Source: a bacterium (GTDB taxonomy: Bacteria; JADJOY01). From it: DNA of 64,000 nt. A program made the translations under genes and the position numbers. The stretch lies in contig JAXLQJ010000043.1 of assembly GCA_046331705.1 (NCBI GenBank), forward strand, positions 1 through 64,000, given 5' to 3'. Positions within the stretch are counted from its first letter, which is position 1. Each line of letters opens with the position of its first letter. The notes beneath the pieces were generated by a model. It was not told where the DNA came from. It did not search any database and saw only the letters and a program-made list of their open reading frames with translations. Shown here one piece after another: positions 39,392 through 47,821 of the stretch.

Positions 39392-42037
39392 TCAGGCGCT
39401 CGAGAGCGCGAGGGTCGCGAGCCAGCGGCGGGCCTCGGCGAGCGCCTCCTCGTAGGAGAGCCCGCGGCCCTTCGTCTCGTGCTCGGCGAAGCCTTGGTCG
39501 CCGAGCGCGGCGCGCGTGCGCGCGACCAACGGCGCGAAGAATGCCTCGTCCACCGGCTCGCGCTGCGAGCCCATGCGCAGGCGGTGCGCATCCGACGCGC
39601 CGTAGAGTCGGGCCGCGGTTTCCCACGCCTGAATCGTCGCGGCGAGGCCCGCGCACACGTCCAGGGCCACCTGACCGGTGGTGCGGACGCCCGCTTCACC
39701 GACGATGCCGAGCACCTCGACGAGGTGATCGCGGGCTGGGGCGAGCTTGCCGCAGCTCATGGAGAGCATCGCGAGATTGACCAAGTTGAGCGACACGTTG
39801 ATGCGATCGCCCGAGGCGCGCGAGACCGTCAAGGACTCCAGGTAGAGCGGCTCGGCGCGGTCGAGCCGCCCCACGTGGCGATGGATCTCGGCCAGCGCCA
39901 TGAGGGCCGCTTGGCGCGGCCGGGGATCGGGGAGGCGCTCGGCGATGGCGAGCGCTTCCTCGCAGTGTCGCAGCGCCTCGGCGACGTCTCCGCACATGTA
40001 AGTGGCGACGCCGAGCATGCGCAGCGCGTTGGTGGCGCAGTCGTCCGCGCCGATCTCGCGGGCGATCGCCAGGCTCTCTCGCGCCTGGGCCTGCGCGTCG
40101 GCGTAGTGCCCGAGCGGCACGCTCATCCACGGCAGCAGCGCCAGCACCTGGGCGCGCAGCCGCGTGGGGCGCTCGGCGCCCGGGCGAGCGAGGGCTGCGA
40201 TCGAGTGCCGAAGCCCGAGCTCCATCAGGCCGCGTGACCACCAGTAGTCGCGCAACGCCAGCACCAGGCGCAGACCGTCTTCGGCGTACTCCGGCTTGGT
40301 GTCGCAGGTGGCGAGCGCGGCCAGGAAATTGTCGTGCTCGACGTCGAGCATGCGCCACTCCACGTCCTGGCAGCTTCCGGCGCGCTCGATGAGGCGAGCC
40401 GCCCGCGTCACGTGGTAGCGCAGATGGCGTTCGCGAACGCTCGCCGCGTCGGGCGCGGCGCACAGCCGTTCGAGGGCGTACGCGCGGATCGTCTCGAGCA
40501 ACCGGTAGCGCTCGCCGTCGGGTTCCAGCACGACCAGCGACTTCTCCACCAGGTTCGCGAGCAGCTCGAGGACGTCGGTCGGGTCCAGATCGCCGCCTGC
40601 GCACACGGCTTCGACGGCCTCGAGCGCGAAGCCGCCGGCGAACGCCGCGAGCCGCCGAAGCAGCGTGCGCTCGGGCTCGCTCAGCAAGTCGTGACTCCAG
40701 TCGATCAACGCACGGAGCGTCTGCTGGCGCGGCAGCGCCACGCGGTTGCCGCGCACCAAGAGCCGGAACCGATCGCTCAAGCGCGCCGCGAGCTTCTCGA
40801 CGGAGAGATTCGAGACCCGCGCCGCGGCCAGCTCGATCGCCAGCGGGATGCCGTCGAGCCGCCGACAGATCTCGGCGACCACGCGGAGGTTCCTATCGGA
40901 GAGCGTGAACGAGGACGAGGCCGCGCTGGCGCGATCGGCGAAGAGCCGCACGGCCTCACACTGGGCGAGGAGCGCGAGCGGCACCTCGTCGCGGCCGTCG
41001 GGCAACGTGAGCGACGGCACCCGATAGGTGGTCTCGCCGGGGACGCGTAGCGGCTCGCGGCTGGTGACGAGGACGCGCGAGCGGGTGCTCGCTTGGAGCA
41101 GCGTCGTGGCGATCTCGGCGGCGGCGTCCACCAGGTGCTCGCAGTTGTCGAGGATCACGAGCCGCTCCTCGTCCGCGAGGCGCGCCGTCAGCGTGTCGAG
41201 CACGGGACGGCCCGAGGGCGCTTGGATCCCGAGCGCGGTGGCGACGGCTTGCGACACCTCGCCCGCGTCGGCGAGCGGCGCCAGCTCGACGAGCCACACG
41301 CCGTGCGCGAAGCGCTCGAGCAGCTCGCTGCCGACCTGCAGCGCCAGCCGCGTCTTGCCCGCGCCGCCCGAGCCCGTGAGCGTCACGAGGCGCGCGCGCG
41401 AGAGCGCTTGCACCAGCTCGGCGATCGGCTGCTCGCGCCCGATGAAGTGGGTGAGCTGGACGGGCAGGTTGTTGGGCAGGACGTCGAGGGTCCTGAGCGG
41501 CGGAAAGTCCTGACGCAGCCCGGGCACCACCAGCTCGTGGATTCGCTCGGGCCGGTTCAGGTCGCGCAGCCGCCGCTCGCCCAGGTCGCGCAACGTGACG
41601 CCCGCCGGCAGCCGATCGCGCACCAGCTCGTGGGTGGCCTGGGTGAGCAGGATCTGCCCGCCGTGGCCGACGCTCATGAGCCGCGCCACGCGGTTCAAGA
41701 GCGGGCCTACGTAATCGTCGTCGCGCTCCTCGGTCTCGCCCGTGTGCAACGCCATGCGCACCCGGATGTCCGCGCGGCCCCACGGCTCGGCTTGCAGCGC
41801 GCGTTGCGCGTCCACGGCAGCGGCGACGGCCGCGGGGGCGGTGGCGAAGGCGACCTGGAACGCGTCGCCGATCATCTTGTACGGATAGCCCGCGTGAGCC
41901 GCGAAGACGTCGCGGAGCAGGATTTCCTGGCGCGTGTGCGCCTCGGCCATCCAGTCGGGGTGCTCCTCCCAGAGCTGGGTGCTCGCCTCGATGTCGGTGA
42001 AGAGGAAGGTCACCGTCCCCGATGGCCGAGCGGTCAT
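39392..42037 (-). CDS. Class III cyclase - STAND ATPase - TPR protein (paralog A, 881 aa)
   Basis: Start MTARPSGT at 42037 overlaps the folA stop (ATGA); same motif set. Confidence 0.9.
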   Translation of the reverse strand: MTARPSGTVTFLFTDIEASTQLWEEHPDWMAEAHTRQEILLRDVFAAHAGYPYKMIGDAFQVAFATAPAAVAAAVDAQRALQAEPWGRADIRVRMALHTGETEERDDDYVGPLLNRVARLMSVGHGGQILLTQATHELVRDRLPAGVTLRDLGERRLRDLNRPERIHELVVPGLRQDFPPLRTLDVLPNNLPVQLTHFIGREQPIAELVQALSRARLVTLTGSGGAGKTRLALQVGSELLERFAHGVWLVELAPLADAGEVSQAVATALGIQAPSGRPVLDTLTARLADEERLVILDNCEHLVDAAAEIATTLLQASTRSRVLVTSREPLRVPGETTYRVPSLTLPDGRDEVPLALLAQCEAVRLFADRASAASSSFTLSDRNLRVVAEICRRLDGIPLAIELAAARVSNLSVEKLAARLSDRFRLLVRGNRVALPRQQTLRALIDWSHDLLSEPERTLLRRLAAFAGGFALEAVEAVCAGGDLDPTDVLELLANLVEKSLVVLEPDGERYRLLETIRAYALERLCAAPDAASVRERHLRYHVTRAARLIERAGSCQDVEWRMLDVEHDNFLAALATCDTKPEYAEDGLRLVLALRDYWWSRGLMELGLRHSIAALARPGAERPTRLRAQVLALLPWMSVPLGHYADAQAQARESLAIAREIGADDCATNALRMLGVATYMCGDVAEALRHCEEALAIAERLPDPRPRQAALMALAEIHRHVGRLDRAEPLYLESLTVSRASGDRINVSLNLVNLAMLSMSCGKLAPARDHLVEVLGIVGEAGVRTTGQVALDVCAGLAATIQAWETAARLYGASDAHRLRMGSQREPVDEAFFAPLVARTRAALGDQGFAEHETKGRGLSYEEALAEARRWLATLALSSA

Positions 42038-42540
42038 GCGGGGATCCTGCGGCGATAGCGCCGCACGCGGAGCGCGGGGTCGTCGTGGGGTTCGAGGGGG
42101 CCGGCTTCCCACTCGGCTTCGTCGATCGCCGGAAAGCGCACCGCGCGCGGATCGGTGACCGAGTCGGGAACGTAGGTCACGTCGATCAGGTTCGCGTGGC
42201 GGAGCGCGTCGGCGTAGATGCGCGCGCCGCCGATGAACCAGATCGGCCCGTCGAGGTGCGCGAGCGCGTCGTCGATGCTCGGGTACGCCTCGACGCCGGC
42301 GAGGGCGCGGCTCGCGATCACCACGTTCCGTCGCCCGGGCAGCGGCTTGCCGCCGATCGACTCCCAGGTGAGCCGGCCCATCACGATCGTGGTGCCGAGC
42401 GTGAGGCGTTTGAAGCGCTTCAGGTCGGCCGAGTGGTGCCAGGGAATCCGGCCGTCGAGGCCGATGACGCCCTCGGGCGAGACCGCGACGATGATCCCGC
42501 GAAGGTCAGGGCGCGCGAGCTCGGCGTCGAAGGCGGTCAC
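42034..42540 (-). CDS. folA: Dihydrofolate reductase
   Basis: VIGLDGRIPWHHSADLKRFKRLT, VMGRLTWESI, PLPGRRNVV, FIGGARIY; follows thyA. Confidence 0.93.
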   Translation of the reverse strand: MTAFDAELARPDLRGIIVAVSPEGVIGLDGRIPWHHSADLKRFKRLTLGTTIVMGRLTWESIGGKPLPGRRNVVIASRALAGVEAYPSIDDALAHLDGPIWFIGGARIYADALRHANLIDVTYVPDSVTDPRAVRFPAIDEAEWEAGPLEPHDDPALRVRRYRRRIPA

Positions 42541-42553
42541 GGGCTCGCACCGA

Positions 42554-43432
42554 TCAAACCGCGACCTTGAACTTGATTGCCGGGTGCGGCTCGTACCCCG
42601 TGAGCACGAAGTGGGAGAGGATGGTCGCGGTGTCCTCGTGCATCAGCGCCTCGACGTCGGCGAGCCCGCGCACCGCTGGCGAGATCGTGAGTCGTGGCAG
42701 CGCGCGCGGCGCGCGGGCGAGTTGCTCGCGCAACCCGGGAACGTGGTCGTAGTCGGCCATCGAGCCGTCCGGCTTGGCCGTGTACACGTGGGCGTCCACC
42801 AGGGTGTGCGCGAAGATCCCCGGCCGAATGCCGGTGAAATGGCCGATGAGCTGCAACAGGAACGCGTAGCCGGCGATGTTGTACGGCACGCCCAGCGCGA
42901 CGTCGCAGCTTCGCTGGGTGAGGTGGAGGCAGAGCATCGGTTCGCCGCGCGCGTCGTGCTGGACGTTGAGGATCCACAGGCAATGACAGGGTGGCAGGGC
43001 GCTGGTGTGGGCGTTGCCGGGTGCCCAGGCGCTGACCACCAGCCGACGGCTCATGGGGTTGCGCTGGATCTCGGCCAAGACCCACGCGATCTGATCGCGA
43101 AACGTGGCCTGACCGTTCTCGTGGATCGGGAAATGACGCCAGAAGTTGCCGTAGGCGCTGGGAACCAGGCCCTCGTCATCCGCCCAGGGATCCCAGAACT
43201 TGCAGCCGTGCTTCTTGAGCAGCGAGATCCGGGTGTCGCCGGAGAGAAACCACAGGTTCTCGATGACGATGTTCTTCCACGAGATCTCCTTGGTGGTGAG
43301 CAACGGGAAGCCGCGGGCGAGATCGATCTCGTAGTTCACGTTGAACGTGGAGATCGTGTCGACGCCGGTGCGATTTTCCTTGCGGGTGCCGTGCGCCAGC
43401 ACCTCGCGAACCAGATCCAGGTATTGCTGCAT
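42554..43432 (-). CDS. thyA: Thymidylate synthase
   Basis: MQQYLDL, NRTG, FPLLTTK, SRRLVVSAW, LPPCH, QRSCDVALGVPYNIA, DAHVY. Confidence 0.95.
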   Translation of the reverse strand: MQQYLDLVREVLAHGTRKENRTGVDTISTFNVNYEIDLARGFPLLTTKEISWKNIVIENLWFLSGDTRISLLKKHGCKFWDPWADDEGLVPSAYGNFWRHFPIHENGQATFRDQIAWVLAEIQRNPMSRRLVVSAWAPGNAHTSALPPCHCLWILNVQHDARGEPMLCLHLTQRSCDVALGVPYNIAGYAFLLQLIGHFTGIRPGIFAHTLVDAHVYTAKPDGSMADYDHVPGLREQLARAPRALPRLTISPAVRGLADVEALMHEDTATILSHFVLTGYEPHPAIKFKVAV

Positions 43433-43625
43433 GGGCGCTCCCGCTCGCTGGGTTCGACGGCCGGCTGCCGAGCCCGCGCGGCGAGCCACAGTCTGGCGCA
43501 GCCGCGCGCGCTTCGTCCCCGGTCGAGGCGCCCGCGCGAGGTCGGCATGGCGCGCGGCGCGAGCAGCCGCGAGCGCCTCTCTCCCGCGCCTGTGCAGGAC
43601 GCGCGTCAGCGCGGCAGCGCCGCCG

Positions 43626-44021
43626 TCACTTCGGCCATTTCTGGTCGTGACAGCGCTGGCAGAGCTCCTTGATGCGCGTCATCGATCCGGTGGCCTGGGC
43701 GGGGGATCCGCTCGCCAGGGCGGTCTGGAGCGCGCCCAGCTCGTCGATGGTGTCGGCCGCCAGCTCGCGGAACGACTCGTTGGTGCTGTAGGCCTTCGAG
43801 TTGGTGATGTCGCTGCTCGCGAGGAGCTTCCCGATCTGCGCCGCGTGCTCCGCCGCTGCGTTCGGGCCGGGCTTGTCGTAGAGCTTCTGCAGCATGGTCC
43901 AGGACCGATCGATCTCGGCCATCGTCAGCTGGACGGGAGTCGGTTTGCGGCAGCTCGCCGCGAGCGCGGCGGCGGCGAGCAGTGAAGCGAGGCGAGCGAG
44001 GCGCGTGAGCGATCGAGACAT
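43626..44021 (-). CDS. Lipoprotein with C-terminal CxxCH heme motif (class II cytochrome c'-like)
   Basis: Lipobox LAASC; helical body; CQRCH close to the C-terminus. Confidence 0.65.
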   Translation of the reverse strand: MSRSLTRLARLASLLAAAALAASCRKPTPVQLTMAEIDRSWTMLQKLYDKPGPNAAAEHAAQIGKLLASSDITNSKAYSTNESFRELAADTIDELGALQTALASGSPAQATGSMTRIKELCQRCHDQKWPK

Positions 44022-44167
44022 GCGTGCGCTCCTTTCCCACACCCCAGTACTCGCCCGATGCCCCGCTCGTCAACGCACCCGTCGCGAGGTGCGCCCGCGG
44101 TGCGTGTCGCCGGCGGTCGTGGACGGCGGTTGCGTGCCACCCGTCGCGCGCGTAATTTCGCCACGCC

Positions 44168-44620
44168 ATGATGCGTGCGGCCTGGTCGCTACGGGCTTTT
44201 TCCGCAGCCGCTGCTCTCGCGGCCGCCGCGAGCGGTTGCGCGTCGGGAGTGCTCGCGACGCGACTGGATCGCCTGGTCCTCTGTCACGAGGTCACGGCGG
44301 ACGCGCTCGGCAGCCCCGTTCAGCTCGGCGACGACTTCACCACCCACGACGCGCGCGCCACGGTGTGGCTGGATCTGCGCGATCTCGCGCACGCGCACAC
44401 GATTCGATATCGCTGGTTCGATCCCGCCGGTAACCTCTATCTCGACAGCGGCCCGGTCGCGCTCAATCCCGACGGCGCTTACCGTCCGCGCGCGACGGTT
44501 TCGGCGAGCATGCCGATCGCGGGCGCGGCGGCGGCGTGGCTGCCGGGGGAGTGGAAGGTCGTCGTCGAGTACGACGGCGAGATCCTGAGCACGCAGCCGT
44601 TCCAGATCGAAGCGCGATGA
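44168..44620 (+). CDS. Hypothetical lipoprotein, beta-sandwich-like
   Basis: Lipobox ASGC; RWFDPAG...PGEWKVVV pattern. Confidence 0.6.
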   Translation: MMRAAWSLRAFSAAAALAAAASGCASGVLATRLDRLVLCHEVTADALGSPVQLGDDFTTHDARATVWLDLRDLAHAHTIRYRWFDPAGNLYLDSGPVALNPDGAYRPRATVSASMPIAGAAAAWLPGEWKVVVEYDGEILSTQPFQIEAR

Positions 44621-45555
44621 AGATCGCCGTCCATCCGTGCCTCGCCGCCGCGCTCGCCGTGTGCTGCGTGTCGGCCAGCGCCCGCGCCGAGCTCGACGAC
44701 CCCGCGTACCACCGGGCGATGATGCTGCTCCAGGGCGGCGACGCGGCTGGCGCCGCCGAGGCCCTGAAGGAACCGCTCGCGCGCCGCGCGGGCGAGCTCT
44801 ACGTTCTCGAGCGGGACCCCGGCGCCGATGGGGAACGGCTGCGCGAGCTGCGCGGCGAGCTCGCGACGCTCGAGCGGGACGCCGCCGTCGCCGAGCACCT
44901 CGCGGGCCACGGCGAGCAAGCGCACCAGCACCTCGAACGGCTGCTCGCGCTCGATCCGAGCGCCAAGCTCGATCCCCTGGAAACGCCCCGCCCGCTCTTG
45001 CTCGAGCTCGAGGAGCTGCGCCGCGCGCGCGTCGCGACGCCGGATTCCGCGCAGATCGAGCTGCCGGTGGGGGCGACGCAGGGGATCGAGCACGTCCCGC
45101 CGCTGGTGGTGGTTCGCGGCAGCGAGGTGACGCTCTACGTGCGGGTCGCGTCGGCCCGGGACGCGCGCGTCACCGTCGACCATTGCGGCACGTCGGACGC
45201 GCGCGCGAGCTGTCCGACGCCGCGGCGGGCGGAGCTCGCGCGGCTCGACGACGGCGTGTTCGCGGTGAACCTGAGCGCCGCGGCCGCCGCCGGGGCGAGT
45301 CATCTGCGCTACCGGATCGGCGTGGTCGACGGCACCGGGCGTTCGCGCTCGACGCCCTGGTACACGCTCACGCTGGTCGACGACCTCGACTCCCACCTCG
45401 CGCGAGCGGGCGCCGACTACGGCCCGCGCGCGCAAGCGCTGCTCCGATCCGGCAGCGTCGACGCGCGCCTCGCGCCGGCGGCGCCGTTGCCCGACGGAAT
45501 CCGCGAGGTCGACTCGCGTCGCGACAACCTCGAGGTTCGCCGTCGCGCCTACTGA
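44617..45555 (+). CDS. Secreted hypothetical protein (helical/TPR-like N-part, beta-rich C-part)
   Basis: ATGA overlap with the upstream gene; signal peptide ending ARA. Confidence 0.55.
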   Translation: MKIAVHPCLAAALAVCCVSASARAELDDPAYHRAMMLLQGGDAAGAAEALKEPLARRAGELYVLERDPGADGERLRELRGELATLERDAAVAEHLAGHGEQAHQHLERLLALDPSAKLDPLETPRPLLLELEELRRARVATPDSAQIELPVGATQGIEHVPPLVVVRGSEVTLYVRVASARDARVTVDHCGTSDARASCPTPRRAELARLDDGVFAVNLSAAAAAGASHLRYRIGVVDGTGRSRSTPWYTLTLVDDLDSHLARAGADYGPRAQALLRSGSVDARLAPAAPLPDGIREVDSRRDNLEVRRRAY

Positions 45556-45770
45556 GGCGAAGAAACTCGGCGACCCCTCGAGACACGCGCGTTGCCTTGC
45601 AGCCATTTCCGGCGCTGGGCTACGGTTGGGCGCCTTTTCCGGCTCGGCGTTCGCGATCTCGACCCGCCGTGGGCGCGCACGCCGCGAGTCGCGGGCGCCA
45701 CGCGATCGCGCGGCCCAAGTCGCGTCGCTGGGATCGGACGCGATCCTCGCTCGGGCGGAGAACCAGAACC

Positions 45771-46682
45771 ATGGAACACGGCAGTCGTCGCGCGATCATC
45801 GCGGCTTTCCTCGCCAACCTCGGGATCGCGTGCGCGAAGCTGGTCGCGTGGATGGCGACTGGCGCGGCCTCGATGCTCGCCGAGTCCATCCACTCGCTCG
45901 CGGACACCGGCAACCAGGCGCTGCTCTTGCTCGGCAGCTCGCGGGGCCAGCGCGCACCCACCGAGGAGCACCCCTTCGGTTACGGGCGCGAGCGCTACTT
46001 CTGGGCGTTCGTGGTGGCCTTGGTGCTTTTCTCGCTGGGCTCGCTCTTCGCGATCGTCGAGGGCGTTCACAAGCTCTCGCACCCGCAGCCGCTCGAGTCG
46101 CCGCAATGGGCCATCGGCACGCTCGTCGTCGCCGTGTTGTTGGAGGCGTTCTCGTTCCGCACGGCCGTCAAGGAGGCTCGCCCGCTCAAGGGGACGCGGA
46201 CGTGGTGGTCGTTCATCCGAGACGCGAAATCTCCCGAGCTTCCGGTGGTGCTGCTCGAGGACCTGGGCGCGCTGCTCGGGTTGGTGTTCGCGCTGGTGGG
46301 GGTGGGCATCGCGATGGGCACCGGCGACCCACGCTTCGATGCCATCGGCTCGATCGCGATCGGCGCGTTGCTCGGCGTGATCGCCATCATCCTCGCCATC
46401 GAGATGAAGAGCCTGCTCGTGGGTGAGGCGGCGGCGCCGACCCAGCGCACGGCGATCCGGGAGTCCTTCGAGGCCGCCAAGTACGTGCGTCGAGTCATTC
46501 ATTTGCGCACGCTCCATCTCGGTCCGGACGAGCTCCTGGTCGCCGCGAAGCTCGAGTTCGAGCCCTCGCTCTCGCTCCTCGATCTCTCCAATGCCATCGA
46601 TGCGGCCGAAGCCGGCGTACGCGACCGAGTGCCGAGCGCGCGGCTCATCTTCGTGGAACCCGACGTCTATCGCGGTTCGTGA
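45771..46682 (+). CDS. Cation diffusion facilitator (CDF) transporter
   Basis: AESIHSLADTGNQ, HPFGYGRERYFW, LLEDLGA, FVEPD. Confidence 0.92.
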   Translation: MEHGSRRAIIAAFLANLGIACAKLVAWMATGAASMLAESIHSLADTGNQALLLLGSSRGQRAPTEEHPFGYGRERYFWAFVVALVLFSLGSLFAIVEGVHKLSHPQPLESPQWAIGTLVVAVLLEAFSFRTAVKEARPLKGTRTWWSFIRDAKSPELPVVLLEDLGALLGLVFALVGVGIAMGTGDPRFDAIGSIAIGALLGVIAIILAIEMKSLLVGEAAAPTQRTAIRESFEAAKYVRRVIHLRTLHLGPDELLVAAKLEFEPSLSLLDLSNAIDAAEAGVRDRVPSARLIFVEPDVYRGS

Positions 46683-46718
46683 GCGCAGCGCGCGCGAACC
46701 CGCCGGAGCCGAGTCAGC

Positions 46719-47720
46719 ATGCCCAAGACACTGGTCACCGGGGCCACCGGATTGGTGGGCTGGAACGTCGTTCAGGCATTGCGCGAGCGCGACCGCCCCG
46801 TGCGGGCGTTGGTTCGCGATCCCGACAAGGCGCGTCGCTTGCTGCCCGCGGAGGTGGAGCTGGTGGCGGGTGACGTGACCGATCGCGCGTCCGTCGATCG
46901 CGCGCTCGCCGACGTGAACGTCGTCTACCACGCCGCGGGATTGCCCGAGCAATGGCTGAAGGACGTGGGTCGATTCCAGCGCGTCAACGTGGAAGGGACG
47001 CGCAACCTCGTGGATGCCGCGCTTCAGCGAAAGGTCGAGCGGTTCGTCTACACCAGCACCATCGACGTCTTTCAGGCGGCGACGTCGCAGGAATACGACG
47101 AGTCGAGCCCCATCGATGCAACGCCGAAGGGCACGCCCTACGAGCGTTCGAAGCAGGACGCCGACCGCGTGGTGGTGGCGGCGCTCGCGCAGGGGCTCCA
47201 CGCCGTGATCCTGCACCCCGCGGCGCTCTACGGCCCCGGTCCCGCCGGTTCGCCAGGCATCAACGACTTCATCGTCAGGCTCGAGAAGCACCAGATCCCG
47301 GCGCTGCTGCCCGGCGGCATGCCGGTGGTCCATTCGCGGGACGTCGGAGTGGGGCACGTCCTCGCCGAGGATCGGCCGGCCGGCAGCCGTTACATCCTGA
47401 GCGAGTCCTACGTCGACATCACGCATCTGGCGTGGATCGTGAGTCATGCGCTCGGACGCAAGGACATCCCGCGCGTCATGCCGCTTGGGCTCGCGAGGCT
47501 CGTCTCGGAAATCGGCGAGCGCTGGGCCGCGTTGTCGGGCCGTCCGCCGCTCATTCCGCGCGGCCAGCTCCACTTCCTGCAATGGAAGGCGCGCCCCAAG
47601 AACAACAAGGCGCGCAAAGAGCTCAAATGGACGCCGATGCTCTTCCGCGACGGTGTCCGCGCGACCGTCGCCGAGCTGACCGGAAAGCCGCTCGCCGCCG
47701 CGTCCTCGCCTGCGGGCTGA
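46719..47720 (+). CDS. NAD-dependent epimerase/dehydratase (extended SDR, HpnA/DFR-like)
   Basis: LVTGATGLVG, VYHAAG, NVEGTRN, YERSK. Confidence 0.88.
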   Translation: MPKTLVTGATGLVGWNVVQALRERDRPVRALVRDPDKARRLLPAEVELVAGDVTDRASVDRALADVNVVYHAAGLPEQWLKDVGRFQRVNVEGTRNLVDAALQRKVERFVYTSTIDVFQAATSQEYDESSPIDATPKGTPYERSKQDADRVVVAALAQGLHAVILHPAALYGPGPAGSPGINDFIVRLEKHQIPALLPGGMPVVHSRDVGVGHVLAEDRPAGSRYILSESYVDITHLAWIVSHALGRKDIPRVMPLGLARLVSEIGERWAALSGRPPLIPRGQLHFLQWKARPKNNKARKELKWTPMLFRDGVRATVAELTGKPLAAASSPAG

Positions 47721-47821
47721 CCCGGCGAGGGGACGCCGCCATGCCGGGGCACCGGCCGTCACGGGCGCTCGCATCCCGATCGTTTCGTGCGAGGATGCCG
47801 GCGCGCACCTGGGCGCGCTCG

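Noticed and set aside
28499-42037. DGR-type variable repeats or assembly duplication among the five cyclase-STAND genes
   Set aside because: The 3' ends are broadly divergent, not near-identical, and the conserved 5' regions show many synonymous differences.
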